Shown here: positions 28,245 through 37,478 of the stretch, piece by piece
Layout: every line of letters starts with the position of its first letter
Position numbering within the stretch: the first letter of the stretch is position 1
From: a plasmid
DNA length: 64,000 bases
Sequence record: NZ_CP143948.1
Strand: one strand, 5' to 3'
The notes under the pieces: generated by a model
The model's database searches: none
What the model was told of the DNA's origin: nothing
The model's input: the letters and a program-made list of their open reading frames with translations, nothing else
Position numbers and translations under genes: made by a program

Positions 28245-29573
28245 ATGAACAAAAAAGAAGTATTGGAACTAAAACGAAGATTAAAAAAAGACCAGGCAAC
28301 CTTCAGTCGTCTGGTCGGCTGCTACGTGGACTGCAACCATGAAAAGGTCTGCAAATTCGGTGGCAAATTTCTCACTCTGGAGGAGGATGAATACTACAAA
28401 TATCTGGAGATTTCAAACAAAGTGCTTTCCGGCACTCTCGGAAACAACCTGCTCAATCTGCAGTTTCCTCTTGAAGAGGAAGAGGTCGGAGGCCGCCAGC
28501 AGATTCTCATGGCGCTTCGCGACAGCGAGCTTAATGATGAGACTCTGCTCGATACATACTATGACCTGGTCATCGACACCTACGATGAGGCCGGGAACTA
28601 TCTGATTCTTTTGTATCTCGACAGCTACGATGTCATGACACGCACAAAGGACAACATCAACGTGGATGAGTCCGAGGAGGTGTACAAATACATGCTCTGC
28701 GCCATCTGCCCTGTCACACTTTCAAAGCCGGGCCTTGGCTATCTGGAAAAGGAGCAGCGTATCGGAGCCCGCATAAGGGACTGGGTGGTCGGTGCACCTG
28801 AGACAGGCTTTTTATTCCCTGCTTTCAACGATAGGAGCACTGACATACACTCCACTCTTTTCTATACGAAAAACACCAAGGAGCCTCACTCTGAGTTTAT
28901 GACAAACGGTCTCGGCTGCGGTGTGGAGCGCACAGCTACTGAGCAGAAGATGGCTTTCCATTCAATCGTCAGAAACGTGCTAGGTGCCGAGGACGAGAGC
29001 ACTGATGACAAGCTGCTTGATATCCAGCAGAATCTGTCCGAGATGGCCGATGACTACGCTGAGACTCACGATGATGACGACGATCCGTTCATTCTCGACA
29101 GCGAGGCTATGAACAAGGTGCTTAGTGACTGCCATGTCTCTGAGGAAAAGATTTCACGCATTGAAAAATCCGTCAATGAGGCCTTCGGTGACAAGCCGCC
29201 TATCGCAGCCAATGTCATTGATTCAAAGGCTCTTGCAGCTAATGAAATCCGCGTGGAAAAGCTTGCTCTTGAGAGCCAGGTCGGCGATTTAACTCTCGAG
29301 CTCAATGAGAAAAATGCGCAGCTTGAGGAGAAGGATTCTGTTATCCAGGAGAAAAATAATCAGATTGAGGAGCGCACTTCACAGCTTCTTGAGAAGCAGG
29401 AAGAGATTGATAATTACACTGCCCAAATTAAGACTTATGATGTGGTGCTTCATGTAAAGCCGGAGAAGGCTTCACAGATTCATGCGCAGGTCATCAATGG
29501 GGAGAAGTGTCTCGTCATTCCTATGAGGGAGAATGAGAATGCGACCATAAATGGGGTGAATACAAGTCTGTAG
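28245..29573 (+). CDS. DUF4317-like protein with a C-terminal coiled-coil
   Basis: N-terminus MNKKEVLELKRRLKKDQATFSRLVGCYVD is typical of Clostridial DUF4317 proteins. It starts 12 nt after brnA. Confidence 0.45.
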   Translation: MNKKEVLELKRRLKKDQATFSRLVGCYVDCNHEKVCKFGGKFLTLEEDEYYKYLEISNKVLSGTLGNNLLNLQFPLEEEEVGGRQQILMALRDSELNDETLLDTYYDLVIDTYDEAGNYLILLYLDSYDVMTRTKDNINVDESEEVYKYMLCAICPVTLSKPGLGYLEKEQRIGARIRDWVVGAPETGFLFPAFNDRSTDIHSTLFYTKNTKEPHSEFMTNGLGCGVERTATEQKMAFHSIVRNVLGAEDESTDDKLLDIQQNLSEMADDYAETHDDDDDPFILDSEAMNKVLSDCHVSEEKISRIEKSVNEAFGDKPPIAANVIDSKALAANEIRVEKLALESQVGDLTLELNEKNAQLEEKDSVIQEKNNQIEERTSQLLEKQEEIDNYTAQIKTYDVVLHVKPEKASQIHAQVINGEKCLVIPMRENENATINGVNTSL

Positions 29574-29583
29574 GGACGCCATC

Positions 29584-29668
29584 GCTTATGTGGCTTCGCA
29601 TATTTAGGCTGTGAAGACCGGCATAGCATGCAGTATATTCCTCAGAAAAATATAAAATCAGCCACGGC
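29584..29668 (-). repeat. ~85-nt repeat family, copy A1 (inverted relative to A2)
   Basis: Core cgtggctga.tt.atatttttctgaggaatatactg..tgc.atgccgg. Confidence 0.6.
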
Positions 29669-29730
29669 ATCATTTGCAGATAGTTTATTGATAGTTTGCT
29701 ATGAATTGTCGTATCCACATTTTATGGAAC

Positions 29731-29812
29731 GCCGTGGCAGTTTATATTTTTCTTCGGAACACACTGCATGCTCTCCGGTAAATTTAGGGTACTTATGCGA
29801 AGCAATCAAGTG
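29731..29812 (+). repeat. ~85-nt repeat family, copy A2
   Basis: gccgtggcagtttatatttttcttcggaacacactgcatgctctccgg…. Confidence 0.6.
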
Positions 29813-29834
29813 ACTTATCTCACTATTTAAAAAA

Positions 29835-29868
29835 GGGCGTGTGAAAAACCTTCGTTTTTCACACGCCC
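29835..29868. terminator. bidirectional rho-independent terminator (DUF4317 gene / map)
   Basis: gggcgtgtgaaaaac-cttcg-tttttcacacgccc flanked by A6 and T-rich runs. Confidence 0.65.
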
Positions 29869-29933
29869 TTTATAATGTTATTGCCTATGAAATAATGTCC
29901 TTTTATAAAGGCACTCTCGTAATACTTACCGGT

Positions 29934-30809
29934 TTACCAGCTCAGCACCTCATGGCCATCCTCTGTGACGAGTACCATGATTTCCCACTGGGCTGATGGA
30001 AGTCCGTCGTCAGTGTATACTTCCCAGTTGTTCTTGTCATCTACGTAGATATCGGCCTTGCCCATGTTGACCATTGGCTCGATGGTAAATATCATGCCGG
30101 GTGCCATGACCATGTCGGTGCCGCGCTTGGTGTTGTAGCCTACCCACGGATCCTCGTGAAATTCAAGTCCCACTCCGTGTCCACCGATTTCACGCACTAC
30201 TGTGTAACCGTTTGCAAATGCATGGTCGTGCACCGCCTGTCCCATATCTCCGAGGAAGCCCCACGGCTTTACCTCTTTGAGTCCAAGCTCCACACACTCC
30301 TTTGTGACTTCAACGAGCTTTTTCTTCTCAGGGCTTACATTTCCGATACAGTACATTCTTGATGAATCCGAAAAATATCCGTTTAAAATTGTAGAACAGT
30401 CTACATTTATGATGTCACCATCCTTTAAGATGACGTCCTTTGAAGGAAATCCGTGACAAACCTGCTCATTTACTGATGTACATACGCTGTAAGGATAACC
30501 CTCATAGTTGAGCGGTGCAGGGATGCCACCCATGCTGGTGGTCATATCATAGACTATTTTATCAATCTCTGCTGTGTTCATACCCTCGTGGATATGCTCT
30601 CCTATGTAGTCGAGCACTGCGACATTTATCTTGGCGCTCTCCTTGATTCCCGCTATCTGGTCAGGTGTCTTGATGATTGAATGGCTCGGTATCTTATGAT
30701 GTGCCTCAGCAAGCTTTTCAAGCTTCATATCAAATGCCGCATGACAGGTCTTATATTTCTTTCCGCTGCCACACCAGCAAGGGTCATTTCTTCCAATTTT
30801 TGTTGACAT
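29934..30809 (-). CDS. map: type I methionine aminopeptidase with an N-terminal SEC-C zinc-finger motif
   Basis: N-terminus RNDPCWCGSGKKYKTCH, then the MetAP core (…VCHGFP…, HGVGLEFHE). Confidence 0.85.
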   Translation of the reverse strand: MSTKIGRNDPCWCGSGKKYKTCHAAFDMKLEKLAEAHHKIPSHSIIKTPDQIAGIKESAKINVAVLDYIGEHIHEGMNTAEIDKIVYDMTTSMGGIPAPLNYEGYPYSVCTSVNEQVCHGFPSKDVILKDGDIINVDCSTILNGYFSDSSRMYCIGNVSPEKKKLVEVTKECVELGLKEVKPWGFLGDMGQAVHDHAFANGYTVVREIGGHGVGLEFHEDPWVGYNTKRGTDMVMAPGMIFTIEPMVNMGKADIYVDDKNNWEVYTDDGLPSAQWEIMVLVTEDGHEVLSW

Positions 30810-30821
30810 AAAATCTTCTTT

Positions 30822-31484
30822 CTAGTGATCAAGAGTAACGTTTCCCATATCGACTCTTTTCCACACTTTTTCTTTTATTTTATAGTTATTTTTCTCCAGC
30901 AGCTTCTCATATCTGCCTCCCGAGAAATCATAATCCGTTATATCGGCATTGTCAAGCCCTGCATATATTTCCTGATATTTCCGGGCTATTGCAGACTTTT
31001 CCATGGACGAATAAATATCCTTTTTTTCGACTCCAAGCTTCTTTGCACCATCTATATCAGACAAATCATACCAGAAGTCCTTCTCGGAATTTTTCAAAGC
31101 TGCTTTCTCGTCGTCAGTAAGTGTAATGCTCTCTTTTTTGGCCATCTCATAAAAAATCTCATCGTGAATGGCCATGGACATAGCTGCTTTGCGCGCTGCA
31201 ACACGGACAAATTCACCGTTTGTGTGGATATTCCAATACTTGTTTGGATTATCGGAATCATACACAAGAGCCTGCTTCTCGACATTCATCTCCTCATATG
31301 CCACATAAAATGCCATATCGCGCAATGTCAGCTCTTTCCCATTCACGTTAACAGCCACGTCTTCCAGATGCTCATTGTATACAATATTCTGCTTCATATC
31401 ATGATAATTATATGCATACACGCCGGCTATGACAGCCAGCACTGCAAGTATAATTGTTGTGATGTGTTTTCTTATTTTGCGCAA
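30822..31484 (-). CDS. membrane-anchored hypothetical protein
   Basis: N-terminal TM. 220 aa. Confidence 0.35.
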   Translation of the reverse strand: MRKIRKHITTIILAVLAVIAGVYAYNYHDMKQNIVYNEHLEDVAVNVNGKELTLRDMAFYVAYEEMNVEKQALVYDSDNPNKYWNIHTNGEFVRVAARKAAMSMAIHDEIFYEMAKKESITLTDDEKAALKNSEKDFWYDLSDIDGAKKLGVEKKDIYSSMEKSAIARKYQEIYAGLDNADITDYDFSGGRYEKLLEKNNYKIKEKVWKRVDMGNVTLDH

Positions 31485-31912
31485 AGCTTTGCAACCACCT
31501 GATTTATGACCTTTCCGTCAGCCTTGCCCTTGAAATGCGGCATGACTGCCTTCATTATCTGTCCTTTGTTTCCTGTTGCGATTACATCCGAAAACTGCTC
31601 TGTGAGCTCCTTTTCTACCTCTTCTGCCGACATCATTGCAGGAGCGTACTCCTCAAAGATTGCATATCTGGTATTGTACTCATCAAGCAGATCTGTTCTT
31701 GTGGCAGGGCATGTGTCAATCTGCTCCTTCACAGACTTCATTTCCTTAAGAATGACCTTGTTGACAAGCTCCTCCGGTATATTGTCTCTGCAGCCCTCAT
31801 CTATTGCCGCCTTTTTGGCTGCCGATACAAGTGAGGATATAGCATCCTTTCTTACCTTGTCTCTTGCTTTCATTGCTGCAATCATGTCTTTTTGTAATTG
31901 TTCCATCTGCAT
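31472..31912 (-). CDS. yqeY: GatB/YqeY domain protein
   Basis: About 146 aa with the typical YqeY helical profile (…LKEMKS…; …GKADGKVINQVVA…). Confidence 0.7.
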   Translation of the reverse strand: MQMEQLQKDMIAAMKARDKVRKDAISSLVSAAKKAAIDEGCRDNIPEELVNKVILKEMKSVKEQIDTCPATRTDLLDEYNTRYAIFEEYAPAMMSAEEVEKELTEQFSDVIATGNKGQIMKAVMPHFKGKADGKVINQVVAKLCAK

Positions 31913-32040
31913 GGCTTGTTCCTCCTGCTTTTCTTACTTTATTTACAGGCTTGCTAGTTCGTTTTGTGCGAATTGGTGCCGTCTATCTCTATAATACACC
32001 TTATGGATGGAAATTGCTATTATTTATTACAATGAGTTTG

Positions 32041-32350
32041 TTGCCGGTTACTAACATTGGTTCGTGGCGTAAGACACGGACATGCCACCAACCGCAAGGG
32101 GCTCTCAATACGCTAACGCTATGCTGTCAAGAGGCTGTACGAATTATGCCTATATGGTTTTCTATGCTCGACGAAACCGGCTTTTATGCGCCGTCCATGG
32201 CGCATAACACCTTGCCCTGCCGTCCATGGCAGGACATTCCTGGGTTCCATGTGCATAATTCTACAGACTCTAAACAGCTCCGCTAGTCGCTTATTGAGAG
32301 CCCCTTGCGGTTGGTGGCATGTCCGCATCTTACGCCCCTTACTTTATTGG
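32041..32350. repeat. ~300-nt element bounded by a 45-60-nt imperfect inverted repeat, with twin internal hairpins sharing a GTCCATGG loop
   Basis: Arms ggcgtaagacacggacatgccaccaaccgcaaggggctctcaata (32067-32111) and its reverse complement (32295-32339). Internal hairpins tatgcgcc-GTCCAT-ggcgcata and cctgcc-GTCCATG-gcagg. Confidence 0.5.
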
Positions 32351-32427
32351 TAACAATTCAGTACTTTGTGGTAAAAATAAAAAGAGCCGGTAAGTATAAT
32401 AAATATACTTATCGGCTCCTAACCATC

Positions 32428-33699
32428 CTATACAAGACGTCGTATAGCAAGTATTGTATGACACTGTACGCTTCTGTTTGCTGTGATTCCTGCCTTTGTG
32501 GACTGTGCCTCCACTATAACACCACCACCTGCATATATAGCTACATGTCCCGGATATACCACTACGTCTCCCGGCTGTATATTATCGAAGGATACGGCCT
32601 GTCCCACAGACTTAAATGCCTGTGAATATCTCGGTGTGCTGATACCAAAATGTGCATATACCTCATGTACAAAGCCTGAACAGTCTACACCGTTTGTAAG
32701 ACTGTTTCCACCCCATACATATGGATTGCCCACAAACTGCATAGCGTATGATACTACAGAGCTTCCTGAAACTCCTGTTGAAGCACCCGGGTTCTTTCCA
32801 CCGCCTGCTGCATAGTCACTGGCAATACTTCCGCCCTTACCGGCTCCACCACCATCATAGCTTGGACTGATTGATGAGCTGTTCGCTCTGGCAGCGGCTG
32901 CGGCTGCAGCTGCTGCCGCTGCTTCCTGCTCCTGAATGATTTTGCCCTGTGCCGTAATGATATTCTGATAATTATCTGCCTGCTGCTGTGCCTGAGCTAT
33001 CTGGCTTGCATACTGCTCCTTCTGGTTTTCAAGAGCTACTATAGCCGCCTCGACATCTGCCTGCTGCTTCTCATAGTCATCCTGCATGGCTGTGAGCTCA
33101 TTCATGTCGTTGTCAAGCTTAGTACCAATCTCCTTCACCTGCTCAACTGCTGCCTGATAAGAATCCATAAGAGCACGATCCGAATCATATACATCTGACA
33201 CGTACTCTATACGATTGAGCATATCTGTGATACCATTTGACTCAATAATTGCTGTCCAGATATTGTCCTCAGCGCTATTTTCATACATGAACTGTATACG
33301 CTTCTTCATGGCGTCATACTGCTCCTGCTGCTTTTCCTGAGCAGCTGCAAGATCCTTCTGATTCTGCTCTATCTCTGCCTGTTTATTTGTGATATCTGTC
33401 TGAAGCTTCTTTTGTGCTGCAAGAATCTCATCAAGCTTTGCAGATTTATTCTTTATATCATCAGCAGTAGTCTGCTGCTGATCCTTTAGACCATTAATCT
33501 CATTCTTCTTATCCTTGAGATCCTTCTCAGCCTGTGACTTCTTCTTTTCTGCATCCTTCTGCTTCTGTGTCTTGGCATATACCTTCTCAAGTCCACTGTT
33601 TATGTATCCGCTAAATGTAGTGCCCTCTACTGCCGGTCCTGTAAAAACGAGTGCCGATGTTAACACAGTACATATAGCACGTGTCCATTTCTGATTCAT
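32428..33699 (-). CDS. CwlO-like secreted NlpC/P60 D,L-endopeptidase with an N-terminal coiled-coil
   Basis: Signal peptide, long coiled-coil, poly-Ala run, and a C-terminal NlpC/P60 domain (…NGVDCSGFV…; …GHVAIY…). Confidence 0.75.
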   Translation of the reverse strand: MNQKWTRAICTVLTSALVFTGPAVEGTTFSGYINSGLEKVYAKTQKQKDAEKKKSQAEKDLKDKKNEINGLKDQQQTTADDIKNKSAKLDEILAAQKKLQTDITNKQAEIEQNQKDLAAAQEKQQEQYDAMKKRIQFMYENSAEDNIWTAIIESNGITDMLNRIEYVSDVYDSDRALMDSYQAAVEQVKEIGTKLDNDMNELTAMQDDYEKQQADVEAAIVALENQKEQYASQIAQAQQQADNYQNIITAQGKIIQEQEAAAAAAAAAAARANSSSISPSYDGGGAGKGGSIASDYAAGGGKNPGASTGVSGSSVVSYAMQFVGNPYVWGGNSLTNGVDCSGFVHEVYAHFGISTPRYSQAFKSVGQAVSFDNIQPGDVVVYPGHVAIYAGGGVIVEAQSTKAGITANRSVQCHTILAIRRLV

Positions 33700-33890
33700 T
33701 TTATTCCTCCTGTAATACGACGGTCAGATTGACCTTTCCTTCCACAATTTATGTTCAATATACATTCGGATATATTATCGCACAAAATGAATCTTTTTTC
33801 CACATCTTTTTGTAAATTTACAGAATTTTCCACATTTTATATAATGATATGATTAAAAAGTCAAAAGGTATCTTGCCCCTAATTTATGAT

Positions 33891-35465
33891 TCACATACGC
33901 GCTATTATAAGTCTATCATCAGGTTTGATGCTATCTGATGTCAGAGCATTTATTTCCATTATGTTTTCAACAGTGGTGCGGTATCTTTTTGCAATGTCCC
34001 ACATTTTATCATCCTTCTGCACTATATAGCCAACCAGAGCTGCTTCCTCTTCAGTATCAGACGCTGTTTTTTCCTGCTCCACCGATATTATGACTGACAC
34101 TTCATCCTGCTGCAGGGCAATAGCGTTTATGCTGACAACACCCTTAATTTCATATTCGCTGTTGTCGAGCAGATTGACCTGCACCTGGTCTACCTGCAGA
34201 TTTACCTCGCAGCAGGTGTTGGCATCCATGCCGGGTATCTCAACAAACTGTTCAAACGGCACAGAGTCTGTATGCATCTCTATCGGACAGCCATCATCCT
34301 CCACAATATTCACACAGTTCACCTGCAATACACCTGACACAATAATTCCTGTGTCTGCATTTTTTATCTGTGCAATAGCGGCCTGCGTCTTTGTACCGCA
34401 TATTCTTAAAATTCTCTTTTTGCTGTTTTCTCTGTACAACTGCTCCAAAATACGGCATTTTGTGTCATTTTTCATAAGAAGGCTGCATACCTTCATCTTT
34501 TCAAACACAGGTTTTACCGGACATGATACGCTGTACATGTCATTGAGCACCTCTACTGTTTCCTCACTCCAGACCTTTCCATCCACCGCAAGTGCTGCCT
34601 CAATCGAAAGCTGCCTGAGCTCTCCGTCGTAATCATTTTCCGCCTCAACCTGATGCATGGCAGGCTGTGTGCGAAGCCAGGCAATATTTCCGGCATTATC
34701 ACCCTCGCAGCGTATTTCATTTGAAAACCCCTCCTGCACCTCAAAGCAGCAAATTTCCTGTTCTTCACTCAGATACACTATACACGCATGGCACTCGCCT
34801 GTCAGTGTGATATGGTCACGCTCGTATGTATACTCCAGATTTCTCATATCAACAAGACTTGATATGAGCTTGCATATATTCGGCTTGGTCTTTGGCAAGG
34901 TGACGACATTTTTAATTCTGACAATATCCCTTACAACACTGTCAAGCTTAAGCACCTTCATCTGCCCCATAAGCTGCTCCACGTCCTTGTCATCAATCCT
35001 TTGTGCAACCTCAAGATTTTCTTCCCTCTCTCCATAAAGCTCCACGCTTATAATGCCTCTGACCGAGAGCTTTCGCGAATTAATAACCCCAACCGTAAGC
35101 TCATCAAGCCCGGTATACACACGAACCGTATCCTTCTCGCAGACTCCTTGAAGAACAAGCTTCTCCTGAAACGGTATTGCATCCTTTATATGCTCCACTC
35201 TGTTTCCGCCGATATTTTCCTCCGGCTCATCGCCTTCAAAAACTTCCTCTCTCGTATACAGCACTTCAAATTCAATGCTTCCACTCAGCCAGATATTCTC
35301 GCCTGACGCTTTTATCTCGTCAATCTTTACCTGCCCGTTCTGACAAACCACTTTGGAAACATCAGGCTTATTGTCCTTTATGACATAATCCCTGTCGAAG
35401 CCAACCTGCGACATATCCTTTACCTTTTCTATGCATTGTCTGATTTTTTGTGTAATTAATTCCAT
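33891..35465 (-). CDS. SPOCS (DUF3794) repeat protein with C-terminal LysM (SpoVID/SipL-like)
   Basis: C-terminus …GYIVQKDDKMWDIAKRYRTTVENIMEINAL… is a LysM domain. The N-terminal region is SPOCS-like. Confidence 0.5.
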   Translation of the reverse strand: MELITQKIRQCIEKVKDMSQVGFDRDYVIKDNKPDVSKVVCQNGQVKIDEIKASGENIWLSGSIEFEVLYTREEVFEGDEPEENIGGNRVEHIKDAIPFQEKLVLQGVCEKDTVRVYTGLDELTVGVINSRKLSVRGIISVELYGEREENLEVAQRIDDKDVEQLMGQMKVLKLDSVVRDIVRIKNVVTLPKTKPNICKLISSLVDMRNLEYTYERDHITLTGECHACIVYLSEEQEICCFEVQEGFSNEIRCEGDNAGNIAWLRTQPAMHQVEAENDYDGELRQLSIEAALAVDGKVWSEETVEVLNDMYSVSCPVKPVFEKMKVCSLLMKNDTKCRILEQLYRENSKKRILRICGTKTQAAIAQIKNADTGIIVSGVLQVNCVNIVEDDGCPIEMHTDSVPFEQFVEIPGMDANTCCEVNLQVDQVQVNLLDNSEYEIKGVVSINAIALQQDEVSVIISVEQEKTASDTEEEAALVGYIVQKDDKMWDIAKRYRTTVENIMEINALTSDSIKPDDRLIIARM

Positions 35466-35587
35466 AAAAAATACCCCACTTCAAATATGTATATAAAATA
35501 CATATTCAAGATGGAGTAACTTTATGCAGATGCAAATATTTAAATTCATGATCATTATAAAAGATGTAACATCTTTACATCATGATA

Positions 35588-35830
35588 CTAGCAAAGCTGC
35601 ATCCTTATATCTTTTGTAATCACATCAGTGTAGGAGAAAGATAAGAGCTGTGGCGGATTCTGCTCAAACTCATCATCTATCAGAACCGTAAACACACTTG
35701 GGTATGCCTGCTGAATAACACCCTCCTGAATGTCAACCTTGTTGCGGCCGAGATCCTGCTGGATTTTTACCCTGTTGCCACACTGCTGGTGAATCGATGC
35801 TCTGACTTTTCTAATTTCTGTCTGTTCCAT
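35588..35830 (-). CDS. veg: Veg (DUF1021) protein
   Basis: AGGAGG RBS before ATG(35830). Motifs …AYPSVFTV… and …SFSYTDVIT… resemble B. subtilis Veg. Confidence 0.7.
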   Translation of the reverse strand: MEQTEIRKVRASIHQQCGNRVKIQQDLGRNKVDIQEGVIQQAYPSVFTVLIDDEFEQNPPQLLSFSYTDVITKDIRMQLC

Positions 35831-36111
35831 TTTAAGCCTCCTTATTGTGGATATGCCCACTGGCACATAACTATAGTCCTCATGGTAACCAGTATTGTAA
35901 CGACGGTGTCATATATATGAAATCAATCTCTGTATAAATATAAAACAGGTCAAATTAATCAACAATTATATCAATCAATATATTTGAATATATAAATATG
36001 TCACCACAATATCTAGTAACTTTACTATAGCAAAGTATCGCAGTGATAGCAATAGGGCATTAGTACTGATTGTCAGTTTTTTCGCAACTTTTAACACAAT
36101 TTACGAAATTT

Positions 36112-36540
36112 TCACTCAAACACAACAGGCATTTCACTCAATTCCGTCTTTATTACTATATACGGATAACTCGCCTGATTGCTGACCTTCTCGCCCTTAT
36201 CCGGGGCTATCAGACGCGTATCAAAATACATTGCCTTATCCTTAACATAAAACTGGTTAACCGTAATACTGTAGCCACCTGTCTCCTTTGTGCCAAAGCC
36301 TTCCGCTATGTATAAATATTCATCATCCTTGTACGTCAGCTTCATCGCCTTTGCCTTGTTTTCATTTATCTGCTTTTTAAACTCCTCCGGGATTTCATCC
36401 CCGCAGATTACCGTGTACTCAACCATCCTGTCACTCTCCGTGCCTGAAATATTTGCATGGCAGCCCGAAATCACTGTCGCTGCCGATATAACAAGCACAC
36501 CTGCAGCCACCACCAGAAATTTTCTCAATTTTTCTGACAT
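36112..36540 (-). CDS. lipoprotein of unknown function
   Basis: Lipobox ISGC. Confidence 0.45.
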   Translation of the reverse strand: MSEKLRKFLVVAAGVLVISAATVISGCHANISGTESDRMVEYTVICGDEIPEEFKKQINENKAKAMKLTYKDDEYLYIAEGFGTKETGGYSITVNQFYVKDKAMYFDTRLIAPDKGEKVSNQASYPYIVIKTELSEMPVVFE

Positions 36541-36670
36541 TTTTTCCTCTCTTTCTTATCATATCGCTTATGATATGATATAATATCAAATATTGAACTA
36601 CATTATATCTATTCTCAATAATTCTGAATAGTTTCATTACAATTTATATTATGAAAAAGAGAGGTCAAAT

Positions 36671-37402
36671 ATGCGTTCAGTTTTAATCGTAATATTCGTA
36701 TTTTTCTATCTGCTGCTCGGTCTTCCGGTGCTCGGAGCCATGTGGATAATACACAAATTTGCCCCGGCATGGGCCGATATGGCACAGCTTCGCCTGGTAC
36801 AGTGGGCTTTCCGTGTCATCATATTCCTAAGCGGAGCAGACATTGAATTTATAGGGGAGGAAAATGTGCCAAAGGACGAGGCCGTACTATATATAGGAAA
36901 TCACCGTAGTTTCTTTGACATCATAATCACCTACTCCAGATGTCCACGCTTAACCGGCTACATCTCAAAGCAAAGCATTACAAAAATACCGGTGCTCGGA
37001 CTCTGGATGAAGCGCCTGCACTGCCTGTTTTTGGACCGCGATGACATCAAGCAGGGACTAAAGGTCGTGCTTGCAGCCATAGATCAGGTCAAATCCGGCA
37101 TCAGCATATGTGTATTTCCTGAGGGCACACGCTGCAAAAACAAAGATGACCTGACAGATGTACAGTCTTTCAAAGAAGGTACTTTCAAGATTGCCACAAA
37201 GAGCAAATGTAAGATAGTGCCAATGGCAATCATGGGAACAAATGAAATATTCGAGGATCACCTTCCATGGGTCAAAAAGAATCATGTGGTTATCCGCTAT
37301 GGCACTCCTATTGATCCGGCAACACTCAGCAAAGAGGAACAAAAGCATCTCGGAGCTCATTGCAGAGAAGTGATTGTGGATATGCTTCATGAAATGGTAT
37401 AG
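36671..37402 (+). CDS. plsC: 1-acyl-sn-glycerol-3-phosphate acyltransferase
   Basis: NHRSFFD (HX4D) and FPEGTR motifs. N-terminal TM. Confidence 0.75.
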   Translation: MRSVLIVIFVFFYLLLGLPVLGAMWIIHKFAPAWADMAQLRLVQWAFRVIIFLSGADIEFIGEENVPKDEAVLYIGNHRSFFDIIITYSRCPRLTGYISKQSITKIPVLGLWMKRLHCLFLDRDDIKQGLKVVLAAIDQVKSGISICVFPEGTRCKNKDDLTDVQSFKEGTFKIATKSKCKIVPMAIMGTNEIFEDHLPWVKKNHVVIRYGTPIDPATLSKEEQKHLGAHCREVIVDMLHEMV

Positions 37403-37410
37403 CTGAAAAA

Positions 37411-37432
37411 ACCGCCCATCCGGGCGGTTCTT
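37411..37432. terminator. bidirectional terminator
   Basis: accgccc-atcc-gggcggt flanked by A6 and T-rich runs. Confidence 0.55.
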
Positions 37433-37478
37433 TCATATCTCCTTGCTTTGGCAGAATATTTTTTGATTCGACATTATG

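Noticed and set aside
30825-31502. 225-aa plus-strand ORF (hydrophobic, I/F/L-rich)
   Set aside because: It is a mirror of the minus-strand gene 30822-31484 in AT-rich sequence, so it is a shadow ORF.
32041-32350. tmRNA, RNase P RNA, SRP RNA or 6S RNA
   Set aside because: It lacks the tRNA-like acceptor/T-arm of tmRNA, the P4 and other conserved motifs of RNase P, the GGAAGCAGCC-type domain IV motif of SRP RNA, and the continuous two-strand pairing of 6S RNA.
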